Positions 1 to 10,117 of a DNA stretch of 64,000 bases are shown here, in pieces. Below the pieces are notes generated by a model, which was not told the DNA's origin, ran no database searches, and was given only the letters and a program-made list of their open reading frames with translations. Made by a program: the position numbers and the translations under genes. The DNA lies in IMG/VR virus record IMGVR_UViG_3300020084_000003, positions 220,777 to 284,776 of that record; one strand, written 5' to 3'. Within the stretch, counting starts at the first letter, position 1. Each line of letters opens with the position of its first letter.

Positions 1-21
1 CATATATCTATGCATCATCAT

Positions 22-29
22 TATTTATA
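22..29 (-). promoter_or_regulatory. T4-type late promoter TATAAATA
   Basis: Exact TATAAATA on minus strand just after the gp59 stop. Confidence 0.6.
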
Positions 30-31
30 CT

Positions 32-631
32 TTAATCAAAGTAGTTTTCTAATGTGAGCATAATTTTATTTTTATCATACTTTAGGAACGGATGGTATTT
101 TTCGGCCATCTTAATCACTTTCGGTGTTAACACCGGATCGGATATGGTATCAAGCCAGTAATGACCCACCTTTGATATATCCAATAATATTGAAAATGTC
201 TCTAGAGATATCTTCTTAGACAAGTATAACGAAAGAACCAGAGGTTTGTTCCCGTTTGTTACGCGGAAATTGCTCTCGAATGAAACATCATTTAAATGTT
301 TAATTTCAGATTGAAAGTTATACTCTATGGCACTGGTGATTTTCACCCATTGACGATAGACGGTCATGCCATCACTTTCGTCAACTATATCACCTATCCA
401 TTTTTGGGGATTTCTAGAAAGATTGGCAATTAAGATACCTTCATAGTCTCTCATCTTGCTCAATTTTACAAAACTAAATTTGTCTCTTCTAGTTTTAAAC
501 GAATCAAACTTCGCTCTTACTTTACCGTTATACCTGAAAAAGTCGTAGTTGTCAAGAGTGAAGTGCTGCTTTAGTGCCACATAAGTTTGATATACTGAAA
601 ACGCCTGTTGATCGAAATCATCATATACCAT
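32..631 (-). CDS. 59: T4-like helicase loader gp59
   Basis: VYQTYVALKQHF..YDFFRYNGK..F..RRDKFSF resembles the gp59 N-terminus; adjacent to gp33 as in T4. Confidence 0.85.
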   Translation of the reverse strand: MVYDDFDQQAFSVYQTYVALKQHFTLDNYDFFRYNGKVRAKFDSFKTRRDKFSFVKLSKMRDYEGILIANLSRNPQKWIGDIVDESDGMTVYRQWVKITSAIEYNFQSEIKHLNDVSFESNFRVTNGNKPLVLSLYLSKKISLETFSILLDISKVGHYWLDTISDPVLTPKVIKMAEKYHPFLKYDKNKIMLTLENYFD

Positions 632-851
632 TAGTCTCGCCTTTAATCATAAGAAGAATTTTAGCTTCTCTCTTAATCTTTTCTTTTAAAATTGGGCTTT
701 TCTTTAGTATCTCACCGACGCTCTCAAGCTCTAAATTATTTTTTTCACAATAATCTACAATTGCATCCAAATAAGAATTTCCACCCTTTATTTGTCTTTC
801 TATTTCTTTAATTATTGTATCCTGATTTAATATTCTTCTCACAGTTTGCAT
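621..851 (-). CDS. 33: T4-like late transcription co-activator gp33
   Basis: 76 aa, YLDAIVDYCEKNNLELESVGEIL..LKEKIKREA; synteny with gp59. Confidence 0.85.
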   Translation of the reverse strand: MQTVRRILNQDTIIKEIERQIKGGNSYLDAIVDYCEKNNLELESVGEILKKSPILKEKIKREAKILLMIKGETNGI

Positions 852-1045
852 TCCTTTATTTTAAACACGTTATATGCCATACTGCTTATGAATACATTAT
901 CATTTGATTTGATCGGAGGTATGGTCAATCTTTCATCAAAAACACCATCAACAAATACATCCATGAATGTGCTTTCCCCGAAATTAAGCACATCTATTTT
1001 AATAATCTTTCCTTTAATTTCAGACATATAAGTGTCTACTAGCAT
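839..1045 (-). CDS. hypothetical protein
   Basis: RBS GGAG upstream, overlaps gp33 start. Confidence 0.6.
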   Translation of the reverse strand: MLVDTYMSEIKGKIIKIDVLNFGESTFMDVFVDGVFDERLTIPPIKSNDNVFISSMAYNVFKIKECKL

Positions 1046-1059
1046 GTTATCTCCTTCGG

Positions 1060-1079
1060 AAAGGGGAGAACCCCCTTTC
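1060..1079 (-). terminator. intrinsic terminator-like hairpin
   Basis: AAAGGGG-AGAA-CCCCCTTT at the end of the 1080 ORF. Confidence 0.5.
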
Positions 1080-1412
1080 TTATCTTTTATTTTTTATAAA
1101 TTCGTATAGCTTGTTAGCAGTATTTATAACATCATCCTCATCATATCCTTGTTTAGACGCAGTTTCCGCAATATTACTTGTAACAGAATTTGAATTTATT
1201 GAAAATGGTGTGGCGTTGTAACCCACAGAAGACGCTGATATAGTTCTATTTGTAGCCAATTTTCCGCCTTCAATAACATTATTCTCTACTATAATATCGG
1301 ACGCCAACTTTGCGGCGTCCAACTTGTTGTCTTCTTTTGATTGAAGAATGGTTTGTGCTAACTTTAGGACTTCCAATCTAATTTGGAATGGTGAACTATC
1401 TGTATTACTCAT
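1080..1412 (-). CDS. hypothetical protein (start re-called at MSNTDSSPF)
   Basis: ATG overlaps the vWA stop, consistent with translational coupling. Confidence 0.65.
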   Translation of the reverse strand: MSNTDSSPFQIRLEVLKLAQTILQSKEDNKLDAAKLASDIIVENNVIEGGKLATNRTISASSVGYNATPFSINSNSVTSNIAETASKQGYDEDDVINTANKLYEFIKNKR

Positions 1413-2235
1413 CTTTTTTACTTCCCATTGCGCTTGCTCTTTCCTCATCAGTAAAAGCAGTTTTAGCATAAGCTTCTGTTAAAGAAGCACTTGAACCGCT
1501 AACCATCTCAGCTTTAAGGCTATTAACCATACGTGTCGCGGCCATGCTGGTAGCAGTAACGCCAGCAGAATCATGCGCGTATTGAATGGTGTTATTTACA
1601 TTAAAACCTAATTGTGATCCAACTGAAAATGCATCAATGTTTGCCCCCATGAACATAAATGCCCAATTGGATTCATTACATTTAGAATACATTTTTTGGA
1701 TATCTGCCATACTAAATGTTTTTGAAGCATTTTCAAGACCATCTGTGATTATTGTTATGATAACACTTGGTCTTTCTTTCTTCTTGGCAGAAGCCAGTTT
1801 TTGATTTACTGTAGCAATAACAGAACCCATACCATCATATAGATTAGTCATACCGATTGGGTTATAATCTTCATTGGTAATTTCTCTTACTTCTTCAACA
1901 TTGACATTATCTCTTATAGCCTTGACGTGATTTCCGTCAAAGGTGTAAACTGATATAAATGTTTTAATGTTATTTGTCTTGGCGTCTTCTCTTTGAGATG
2001 CTATAAACTCGTTTGCAGAAGAAACGGTTGTATCTCTCAATCTTCCCATAGACCCTGATTCGTCTATCAATAGAACTACGTGAGCGCCATTCTTACCAGC
2101 TTTTTTTGCTTTAAAAGCTTCGCCAATTTGACCTAGCGGTTTTTGCACTGGCATGTAAGTTGTAGGAATAGTCAATTTGCCCCACTGGTAATTTGCATTT
2201 AATGGCGGCAATGCGTTTGGATCGTATAATGACAT
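1405..2235 (-). CDS. von Willebrand factor A (vWA) domain protein
   Basis: MIDAS motif LLIDESGSM, T-LYDG and IITDGLEN; AGGAGA RBS supports a start at 2235 (MSLYDP). Confidence 0.85.
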   Translation of the reverse strand: MSLYDPNALPPLNANYQWGKLTIPTTYMPVQKPLGQIGEAFKAKKAGKNGAHVVLLIDESGSMGRLRDTTVSSANEFIASQREDAKTNNIKTFISVYTFDGNHVKAIRDNVNVEEVREITNEDYNPIGMTNLYDGMGSVIATVNQKLASAKKKERPSVIITIITDGLENASKTFSMADIQKMYSKCNESNWAFMFMGANIDAFSVGSQLGFNVNNTIQYAHDSAGVTATSMAATRMVNSLKAEMVSGSSASLTEAYAKTAFTDEERASAMGSKKDE

Positions 2236-2288
2236 GTTATGTCTCCTATGTGTTGTGATGTGTGTGATGCAACGGATGCTGCATTTTT

Positions 2289-2319
2289 TATTTATACCAC
2301 ATAACAACGCATAAGTCAA
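2289..2319 (-). promoter_or_regulatory. composite sigma70-like (TTGACT-17-TATAAA) and late (TATAAATA) promoter
   Basis: TTGACTtatgcgttgttatgtggTATAAATA upstream of the vWA gene. Confidence 0.6.
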
Positions 2320-2329
2320 GCAAAAGTTC

Positions 2330-2337
2330 TATAAATA
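2330..2337 (+). promoter_or_regulatory. late promoter of the GIY-YIG gene
   Basis: Exact TATAAATA 30 nt before the ATG. Confidence 0.65.
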
Positions 2338-2367
2338 AAGTTACACATTAACATCAAGGATTTTAAC

Positions 2368-3093
2368 ATGACAACTTATTACGTATATAGAATTACCAAT
2401 AATAAACCGAATAGCATTCCAAAATACTACTACGGTTTCAGAAAATGCAACACAAGCCCATCATTAGATACAAAATATATGGGAAGTTCTAAATATCTCA
2501 AACAAGACATAAAGAACATTGGCATAGAATATTTCTCAAAGAAAATAATAAAAACATTTAATAATAAAGAATCTGCGATTGACTACGAAATCATGTTGCA
2601 TCTAAAATTTAATGTTGATAAAAACGTCATGTTTTATAACAGATGTAAAGCGAATAAATTTGGGTATAAATGCACAGGAGATGTTCTTAAAGGTAAAAGT
2701 TATACCGACATACACGGCGAAGAAAAAGCCATTAAATTAAAAGAAGAAAGATCAAGAAAAATTAAAGAAATCTCTTCTAACCGTAATTATATAGGCGATA
2801 AAAATCCAAATTATGGCAATAAATGGAGTGAAGCCATGAAAGAAAAAATGTCAGAAATGAAATCGGGTCAAAATAATCCTATATATGGCAAAATCATAAT
2901 AAATAACGGTATAAAAGAAAAAAGAATATCTAAAGATTCAAATATTCCAGAAGATTATGTTATAGGCAGAATCAGAAAAGATGTTTCTGGTATAGTAGAA
3001 GATTTTTTGAATTCTGGTCTTAGTAGAAAAGAATTTTCATTATTAAGAAACATAAACTACAACACTCTAAAGAAATATTTAAAGGGGGTTTAA
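2368..3093 (+). CDS. GIY-YIG homing endonuclease (Seg-like, NUMOD3-type repeats, C-terminal HTH)
   Basis: YYVYRITN..YYYG-R..YMGSS..E..N..FYN; NPNYG/NPIYG repeats; free-standing and opposite in strand to its neighbours. Confidence 0.85.
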   Translation: MTTYYVYRITNNKPNSIPKYYYGFRKCNTSPSLDTKYMGSSKYLKQDIKNIGIEYFSKKIIKTFNNKESAIDYEIMLHLKFNVDKNVMFYNRCKANKFGYKCTGDVLKGKSYTDIHGEEKAIKLKEERSRKIKEISSNRNYIGDKNPNYGNKWSEAMKEKMSEMKSGQNNPIYGKIIINNGIKEKRISKDSNIPEDYVIGRIRKDVSGIVEDFLNSGLSRKEFSLLRNINYNTLKKYLKGV

Positions 3094-3103
3094 ACCCCCT
3101 TTA
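3081..3103. terminator. bidirectional terminator between convergent genes
   Basis: AAAGGGGGTTT/AAACCCCCTTT inverted repeat. Confidence 0.65.
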
Positions 3104-3580
3104 AACGAATTCACTAGATTTATTTGCAACTCTATCCGCACCAAATGATGCAGCAAATGCATCTGGTTTTAATTTAGGAGAAATTCCTGTTACACCCAAA
3201 ATATATCCCGCAGCTTGTGAAGCAACGCAATTTGAACCATTCATAGGGTCTGTAGATATATCACAATGAATCTCTACATCAAATTCATCAATGAACCCTA
3301 CCAATTGTGTATATAGTTCGCAAACTTTTTGGACTTCATTCATAAGTCTAATGCTTGGTCTATTCTTCTTAACATCATAATCAGCTTCTACTGATCTGTT
3401 AGAGAATACTCTACATCCGTGTCTTCCATTAATGTGAACAACACATACGGTCGCATACTTGGCAAACCATCTTCCATCCTTCTTAAAGCGAACAGAATCA
3501 CATCCTAAGTAAATTTTTGTGTCTGGACCCACAGTTAATAGTAAGTCTACTAATTCTTCGATTTGTGATTGGGTGAACAT
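3101..3580 (-). CDS. RNase H-like YkuK family protein
   Basis: KIYLGCDS..YATVCVVH..G..E..EIHCDI..S motif pattern. Confidence 0.75.
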   Translation of the reverse strand: MFTQSQIEELVDLLLTVGPDTKIYLGCDSVRFKKDGRWFAKYATVCVVHINGRHGCRVFSNRSVEADYDVKKNRPSIRLMNEVQKVCELYTQLVGFIDEFDVEIHCDISTDPMNGSNCVASQAAGYILGVTGISPKLKPDAFAASFGADRVANKSSEFV

Positions 3581-3597
3581 GTCATTTTCCTTCTATA

Positions 3598-4296
3598 TCA
3601 TTTTACTATCTTAAACCTTTTCTCTTTGTCAAGTTCTTTTTGAACAAGAGCCTCGATTTCCTTAGCTTGTTTTTCAATACCTTGAATTATTGCATTCCAA
3701 GTCTCTATTCTCGGAGCATCTGGATTTGCAGTGACATAGTAAACCAAATTACCATAAATTCTCAGCAAATTCTGATGGACCTTGAATAGTATGTTTTTGT
3801 CAACTTCAATTTCATAGAGGTTTTCTATTTCATCCATCAAGTTGACAAAATTTTGCTTACGCTTATTGTTGTCAGCAAAACCGTATAGGTCTAATAGAAC
3901 TAATTCTTGTCCTTCATTAGACATTGGTGCATGATTTATAGTTGTTAAAATATAATCTGCAACTTTCTCAGGCTGGATCACACCGAACGGCATGAATACC
4001 TTTTCTGGAATTGCAGAAAGATTGCCGATGACATTTTTAACAACACCATAAAAATCATATGCACTTCTAATTTCTTTATTATCTTCCTTGTCATAAACAA
4101 TGTCATGGAAAAGAATTGCAACATCCAAATTAATATCATAAGGAATTTTCAATTCTTGAGCGTAACTATACAAGTCTACAATGTGCTGCATGTTGTGATA
4201 TGTGCGGCCTGTAGGGTTCATGTATTTCATTGCTGCGTGATTCCATATACCATCTTTATTTAGTTTAGTCCAAGGTATATTGTCAATTATTTTCAT
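3598..4296 (-). CDS. HD-domain metal-dependent phosphohydrolase
   Basis: RTYHNMQHI..AILFHDIVYD..NKEIRSA. Confidence 0.75.
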   Translation of the reverse strand: MKIIDNIPWTKLNKDGIWNHAAMKYMNPTGRTYHNMQHIVDLYSYAQELKIPYDINLDVAILFHDIVYDKEDNKEIRSAYDFYGVVKNVIGNLSAIPEKVFMPFGVIQPEKVADYILTTINHAPMSNEGQELVLLDLYGFADNNKRKQNFVNLMDEIENLYEIEVDKNILFKVHQNLLRIYGNLVYYVTANPDAPRIETWNAIIQGIEKQAKEIEALVQKELDKEKRFKIVK

Positions 4297-4583
4297 TTTT
4301 TACTCTTTTCATAATCAGCTATAAAACTCTTTAGTTTCTCTACATTTTTATCGTTTAGTAATACTTCTGTGTAATCATGTTGGCTGTCACCAATGACAAA
4401 TATGTAACGCAAACCGTTTATAATACGTTTCCAAAAAGGTAGATAGGGATTTTTGGAAACTCCTATTGAAAACATAGGATAGTCTTCATCGTCTTCTTTT
4501 ACCAGAATAATATTATGCTCCATTGAATGACAATCACATATCATAACAACGGAATAGTCATCATACTGCATCTTTTTGCTCAT
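4293..4583 (-). CDS. hypothetical protein
   Basis: Overlapping stop/start in operon; CDCHS motif. Confidence 0.6.
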   Translation of the reverse strand: MSKKMQYDDYSVVMICDCHSMEHNIILVKEDDEDYPMFSIGVSKNPYLPFWKRIINGLRYIFVIGDSQHDYTEVLLNDKNVEKLKSFIADYEKSKK

Positions 4584-4788
4584 TCTTATTCATCCATCTT
4601 TCAATAACTTCATCAAATTGATCGCCTTCCAAATCTTCCAGTAGACGGAAAACATTTGGGTCGTGCTGCTTAGTAAACAACTGAGTTCTAGTAACCCCAT
4701 TTATAGAAGACAAGTCTACATAATTATTATAATCCAAAACATGAGTTCTATAAATGCTCAATGCTATATTTTCTGCATTTTTTTCCAT
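4561..4788 (-). CDS. hypothetical protein
   Basis: Operon packing. Confidence 0.55.
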   Translation of the reverse strand: MEKNAENIALSIYRTHVLDYNNYVDLSSINGVTRTQLFTKQHDPNVFRLLEDLEGDQFDEVIERWMNKNEQKDAV

Positions 4789-4794
4789 ATTAGT

Positions 4795-5076
4795 CTATCC
4801 AAACAATCTATTCTCATTTAATATTCTTGCGTAAACATCGCCATGACACAGCTTTGGTTTGCACCAACATGCCAGTGTCTTATCTTGAAGTTCTGCTAGA
4901 ACACTATCATACAACTCAGGGGTTGTCAAGAGATAGTTTTCGAATTTTTTCAAAACTAATTCTCTGTCATTATTGAAATCTATCAACTTAAATGGATTTC
5001 CCCATTTTGTAGTTCTGTCTATCAAAACAACATTATCATACAAATGTCTATGTTTTACATGTATAACTCTAATCAT
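4795..5076 (-). CDS. DUF4326 family protein
   Basis: IDRTTKWGNPF..LACWCKPKLCHGDV. Confidence 0.85.
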   Translation of the reverse strand: MIRVIHVKHRHLYDNVVLIDRTTKWGNPFKLIDFNNDRELVLKKFENYLLTTPELYDSVLAELQDKTLACWCKPKLCHGDVYARILNENRLFG

Positions 5077-5636
5077 AAGTTGTCATACCATTCTTTCCAA
5101 GTCTTTCTGGAAACAGAAGAATATTTCTCTTCAAATCCTACATCCGCGTCTGTGTTGTCCAAGTCTGTATGTTTGATATGGAAGAATGCGGATGCACCTT
5201 TCTCTATATTGCATAGATTTTCTATGGGATGTAATTCATCTGCGATCTTCATTAGCTCACCAGAACCTTCAAAAAATTCGCCTCTCCAATCAATTCTTAG
5301 ACCAAAACACATTACCGATATGTTCCAATTATCAACCAAAAATGCCAAGTCCCATATTTGTTCTTTGGTAAAGAATTGTGCTTCATCGCAAAGAATATAA
5401 TCGGGTTTCTTCTTCCTAGATTTCAATACTTTATCACTAATCTTTTCATCTGATTTCAGAGAAATGCAATCCACCGATAGCCCAAGTCTAGTTTCTATTT
5501 TGTTTGATCTTGTATCTATCGCAGGCTTCACTGCGACAACATTAAATCCTCTTTCTTTTAACATGTAATGCTTTGTTATCAAAGAAAGAGATTTGCCACT
5601 ATTCATAGAGGCGTAGTAAAAAGATAATTTTGCCAT
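5073..5636 (-). CDS. tk: thymidine kinase
   Basis: YASMNSGKS P-loop, CDEAQF, FGLRIDWRGEFFEGS. Confidence 0.95.
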   Translation of the reverse strand: MAKLSFYYASMNSGKSLSLITKHYMLKERGFNVVAVKPAIDTRSNKIETRLGLSVDCISLKSDEKISDKVLKSRKKKPDYILCDEAQFFTKEQIWDLAFLVDNWNISVMCFGLRIDWRGEFFEGSGELMKIADELHPIENLCNIEKGASAFFHIKHTDLDNTDADVGFEEKYSSVSRKTWKEWYDNL

Positions 5637-5638
5637 TT

Positions 5639-6037
5639 TCAGTCCATAATAAGAGGGATGATGTATTTAAGATTAGAAACACATCTTTCCCAATCTATGT
5701 TTTCCAAATCTACTATGAAAAGTTCTTCTGCGTTCGGATCATCAGAAGTGAAAATTATACTGTCGTAAAAATCTTCATCTACATTAGTAAAGAATATATG
5801 TAGTATTGCATTCGGATATTTTATAACGGCAAACTCATACCACTCAATATCTCTAGAATCACCAGTTTCTTCAAGGTATTCCCTGCACATTGCTCTTTTT
5901 GGTGTCAAGTCTATAGGTTCAATTTTACCACCCAATCCATTGAGCTTGTTTTCTAAGTATTTTCCGCCTCGATTTTTCTTTTGCAGCAGTATTTTGTTCC
6001 CCTTTAAGAAGACAAATCCTAAAACATATTCCTTCAT
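5639..6037 (-). CDS. Nudix hydrolase
   Basis: Nudix box GGKIE..AMCREYLEETG. Confidence 0.9.
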   Translation of the reverse strand: MKEYVLGFVFLKGNKILLQKKNRGGKYLENKLNGLGGKIEPIDLTPKRAMCREYLEETGDSRDIEWYEFAVIKYPNAILHIFFTNVDEDFYDSIIFTSDDPNAEELFIVDLENIDWERCVSNLKYIIPLIMD

Positions 6038-6068
6038 GTTCGAACTCCATAATATTTCATATGATTTG

Positions 6069-6098
6069 GATCATACCATAGCAGATTGCCGTAGTCAA
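6069..6098 (-). promoter_or_regulatory. sigma70-type early promoter
   Basis: TTGACT-17 nt-TATGAT upstream of the Nudix/tk operon. Confidence 0.7.
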
Positions 6099-6118
6099 GC
6101 TTGATGATTTTTAAAATA

Positions 6119-6146
6119 AAAATGGTGGGCATTGCCCACCATTTTC
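6119..6146. terminator. intrinsic terminator
   Basis: AAAATGGTGGGC/GCCCACCATTTT inverted repeat after the 1302-aa ORF. Confidence 0.8.
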
Positions 6147-6149
6147 TTC

Positions 6150-9100
6150 TTATACTGTTGTTCCTAGAGGATACATGCGGTCTGCCCTGAAATTTCTTAT
6201 CCAAGCTGAATTCAATTCAACTCTTGAAGATGCTTTCAAACCAACTCTAGTTCCCATTGGAGCATTTGCCGGAAGTTGATATAGACCATGATCTGACATT
6301 GATGTGTTTTCTATTAAACCAAAGGTATTGGTTCCATTAACTCTCAGAACGTAAGGATCAGGGTTGACACTCACAAGCTTTATTGTTCTGCCATCTAGAT
6401 GTATGTCAATTCTGTTTGTTGTATTTTGGAACATTCCAAGAGTAGTCCAAACACCATTAACTACCATCATTATAAAACTTCCTGTTGGGTTAGGGTGATC
6501 CCTTCTTCCCCATACCATGTAGTTGTTTTCATCAACAATTCTGAATGCAAGACCACCAGCATCACCCCAACCACTTAGATTACAAGAAATAATCATATCA
6601 GGAGAACCAAGATCAACTCTAGAATAAAGCGCCCTTTGTGATGTTCCCACGGCTGAACGAGTGGTGTTTGATGTTACTTGAATAGACCCTGCTGTTCCAC
6701 TTCCAACAATTGACCAGTTTGGATTGCTTTCTAGTGGACCGTCAGCCATTTCAAAATTATCATAAACGCTTGAAACCACGTTTGTTGTAGAACGAACAAT
6801 AACTTGATGCTCTCTGGTTACGGTATTACCCCAACAATCAGTTGCTCTAATGTTAACTGTATATGTTCCAACAGGTCTTGTTCCATTATTTGCGAAACGC
6901 AATATTCTTCCCATTGAAGCAAGTTGGAACATGTCTGAGTTTGCACCCGGAACAATTTCAATGCTAACATTTGGCTCATTAATCAAAATATCATGAGACA
7001 AAGTGCGTCCAGCATTTGCGTTAACCACGGTATGAGACAAAAATTCTAGTTGTTTTACAACTGGTTTCAAAGGCGGCGCATTACCATCAATTAATTCAGG
7101 TTCATCAGCCCATCTTGCCAATGGTGGAGGGCCACCACGATCATAGAATTGCAAGAATTCCAATGCACTACTGCCTGTAGGAGTAGTAATTGTAAAATCA
7201 ATCCATGTGACTGCACGGGCATGTGTAACTCGGTCAGCATTGAACATATGAACGCGAGTTCTCCAAACACCGTTATCCAACCAGCAACCATTACGTCTAA
7301 TGATATCATCACCGTGAACTTTGAACAATGTTCTTTTTGGCGTTCTAGAGTTATAACCATTAGGGAATGTTTCTGGTGAATGGAAGCTTGGGAATAGATA
7401 AGGTCCAGCGCAGTCAATCCAAACACCACTAATTGATATTCCACCACGACTTCCTAATGTAATATTTGTGCTAACATCAGAATCCAGAACAAATACCGGC
7501 GCGGCTCCAACTGCAATAGCACTATGGCCTGCTGGATAACCTGTGCCTAGTGGTTGTCTGTTAGGATCGGTTGGTTGAATTAATAGTGGATAATTCAGTG
7601 GCAATGCAGAAAGAGGTTGCGAATCATATGAACGCAAAATCCATGAATCGGCATTGGTTGGGTGTCTTGTCCACGGTCCCATAATTCCAAATATACCTAA
7701 TTCTCTGGCTCTTGTTTCTGTTATAGTTCTATATGAAGTGCTTTCTCTTGCAGTGACATTTTCAAAAGTGCATTGAACAGTAACGCCTTTCCAGTTAAGT
7801 CCCATACCAGAATCTACAAATGCTCTATAATAGTTTTTCATATGCAAGAAGCTGAATGAGAAACCTTGAGACACAGTTCCCATTGTGACAACACGTGAAG
7901 TGTGCATCATATTCAATGGACCGACATATAGAGATTTTGTAAACATATATTCACTGGAATACTGAGGAACCTCTATCGGATAAGGAACATCAATCATGTG
8001 GCATTTTTCAAATAATCCCGGTGTGGCATCATATTTTCTAACATCGCCGCCACGGTGAATAACAGAAATGCCGTGTGTGCAGGCATGACCTTCTACACCA
8101 AATACAGGCGGAATTTGAGGGCTTGTAACGGTAATATCTTCTTCAACCCAGACAGATTTGTATTCAGAGTTATCTCTGCTCCACCAAGATTGAATATCAG
8201 AAGAAATAAATCCGTCTGCCATTCTGATATCTTGCCAGCGAATCTGCCGAGTATTTCTTATCGGTTTTTGAGAATGCCATAGTGCAACATACTGACAACC
8301 AACACCGACACAATTTTTAAGTAAAATCATTCTTGATTGCAATTCGAATCCTACACCAGCATGTCCATTATGTCCAGTATAAAATTCTGCTCTGTCACCC
8401 CAAGATACACCTTCACCATTTCCTATGCCGCCCATTGCCACACAGTTAATTGCTTGACCAATTTCATTGCCCAATTCCCAAACAAATCCTGCGCCTCTAA
8501 AATGAGAAACAAAACAATCTTCCATTGCGCTTCTGGTTCCGTGAGCAACCAAAGCCCAACCCGGAATCGGAGGCGCACTTAATGGTGCATAAACACGAAC
8601 GCCAACCACATCAACCATTCGTGATGATTTATATGGACCACCTGACCAGTGTAAGTGGAAAGCCCATTTTCCTGTTACGTTTAATGGATCGGTAAGCTCT
8701 GTTCCACCTTGAACATCATATAGTGGATTTACTGTAACTACACCACCAGCTAATTCTACTCTATATGGAAATACTGTGTGTGGTGTATTTAATGTTGGAT
8801 TAGTATCAGAACGACCAAAGTTTTTAAAAGCTGCATAACGAATTGAAACGTCATCGGTTCCCATTGGCATGAAATGCGGTCTTTTTTGCAAGTTAGTCAA
8901 ATCTGCGGTCGGATCAATGGCACCGTCTTCTTCTTGTGAAGCCGCTCTAAATAAAATTGATGCATAATTGTTGCTGACGCAAGGCGCTACGGTTACGACT
9001 TCTGAGTTAGGTAATGTTGAAGTTTCCCCAAAATGGTTTCTTGACAATGGTCGGTTTATTCTAACCATATCATTTGCCATGACTTCGGTTACAGTCACTT

Positions 9101-10058
9101 CTTCATTGTAATTAAGTTGGAATTTATTTAGAACTACAGAACCAATTCTTGCCAAAGAACTCCAATAACGAGATGGGCCGGTATATGTTGGATCATTTGC
9201 AGCTAGTGGTCTATATTCACGTGAACCTATTGTCAAGACATGGCCGACTGCCCCACCACCAGCAGCAAAGCCGGGTATGTGTATTACAGTAGCATTTTGT
9301 GGTGCGCCGGGAAGTGTTTGTGGAGATATAACACCAAGACGATAATTGGCACGAATTTTTGCACCAACAATACGGGTTGGACCCATCGGCATCATTCCCA
9401 ATTTACCTGTATCTAAAGGTAATTCAACCGGATGAACAATAAATTCATGTTTTGGTCTTCCGGCAACTTCGCTTAAACCTTCATCCCATATATTTGTAAT
9501 ACCCATCCACATATATGTGCAAAAACGAATTCTTGTGTGAGTATTTGGATCGACGGTTAAAGTTGCGTCAACTGGACCACCAATCCAGTTCAATATTACA
9601 TCTGATTGTTCATCTAATATTAATCTCATGTTGCTTCCACCCCAAACCGAATCACCAGTTTGTGGTTTTGTTCCAACATCCCATATTGAAGGGTCTGACC
9701 ATCTACCAGATTTAATCTGCCTGTGAGTTATTTGTCCCATTGCAGGCATTGGGTGAGTTTTGGTATTGATAAACTCCGCTCTTCTATTTTTATAATATTC
9801 TTTAGGAGTAAATGTAGTTTTACCATTTCCTGTAATTCTAATTTCAGGAATTCTACCTGTTACCGTAACACTTGGTTTTGTTCTAACCGCTGTCCACGGT
9901 CCTGTGGCAGAAGTCTTTGACCATTCTACTAGAGTATTTGGCGGAAGATTGGCAATTGTTCCCCATTTTCCATTTCGTTTTACTTCTAGCTCAATCTCAG
10001 TGACTGTGCCAGCAGGATTGCCGTTTTGTGCGGCAATTCGCCACCATATCTTAGCCAT
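6150..10058 (-). CDS. large virion-associated protein: G8 + parallel beta-helix (CEMIP/PKHD1-like), cadherin-like and lectin-like C-terminus
   Basis: SGRWSDPSIWDVGTKPQTGDSV (G8 start), RPHFM..YAAFKNFGR, GKWAFHLH; late promoter at 10089-10096. Confidence 0.6.
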   Translation of the reverse strand: MAKIWWRIAAQNGNPAGTVTEIELEVKRNGKWGTIANLPPNTLVEWSKTSATGPWTAVRTKPSVTVTGRIPEIRITGNGKTTFTPKEYYKNRRAEFINTKTHPMPAMGQITHRQIKSGRWSDPSIWDVGTKPQTGDSVWGGSNMRLILDEQSDVILNWIGGPVDATLTVDPNTHTRIRFCTYMWMGITNIWDEGLSEVAGRPKHEFIVHPVELPLDTGKLGMMPMGPTRIVGAKIRANYRLGVISPQTLPGAPQNATVIHIPGFAAGGGAVGHVLTIGSREYRPLAANDPTYTGPSRYWSSLARIGSVVLNKFQLNYNEEVTVTEVMANDMVRINRPLSRNHFGETSTLPNSEVVTVAPCVSNNYASILFRAASQEEDGAIDPTADLTNLQKRPHFMPMGTDDVSIRYAAFKNFGRSDTNPTLNTPHTVFPYRVELAGGVVTVNPLYDVQGGTELTDPLNVTGKWAFHLHWSGGPYKSSRMVDVVGVRVYAPLSAPPIPGWALVAHGTRSAMEDCFVSHFRGAGFVWELGNEIGQAINCVAMGGIGNGEGVSWGDRAEFYTGHNGHAGVGFELQSRMILLKNCVGVGCQYVALWHSQKPIRNTRQIRWQDIRMADGFISSDIQSWWSRDNSEYKSVWVEEDITVTSPQIPPVFGVEGHACTHGISVIHRGGDVRKYDATPGLFEKCHMIDVPYPIEVPQYSSEYMFTKSLYVGPLNMMHTSRVVTMGTVSQGFSFSFLHMKNYYRAFVDSGMGLNWKGVTVQCTFENVTARESTSYRTITETRARELGIFGIMGPWTRHPTNADSWILRSYDSQPLSALPLNYPLLIQPTDPNRQPLGTGYPAGHSAIAVGAAPVFVLDSDVSTNITLGSRGGISISGVWIDCAGPYLFPSFHSPETFPNGYNSRTPKRTLFKVHGDDIIRRNGCWLDNGVWRTRVHMFNADRVTHARAVTWIDFTITTPTGSSALEFLQFYDRGGPPPLARWADEPELIDGNAPPLKPVVKQLEFLSHTVVNANAGRTLSHDILINEPNVSIEIVPGANSDMFQLASMGRILRFANNGTRPVGTYTVNIRATDCWGNTVTREHQVIVRSTTNVVSSVYDNFEMADGPLESNPNWSIVGSGTAGSIQVTSNTTRSAVGTSQRALYSRVDLGSPDMIISCNLSGWGDAGGLAFRIVDENNYMVWGRRDHPNPTGSFIMMVVNGVWTTLGMFQNTTNRIDIHLDGRTIKLVSVNPDPYVLRVNGTNTFGLIENTSMSDHGLYQLPANAPMGTRVGLKASSRVELNSAWIRNFRADRMYPLGTTV

Positions 10059-10117
10059 CTATATACTCCTTTGTTTTTATTTCTTTTATATTTATATAAT
10101 GATGGCGAGTAATTTTA

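Noticed and set aside
4795-5636. Stop-codon recoding implied by the UCA/CUA-like loops
   Set aside because: Recognisable genes terminate normally at TAG (4795) and TGA (5073), and long ORFs read through under the standard code
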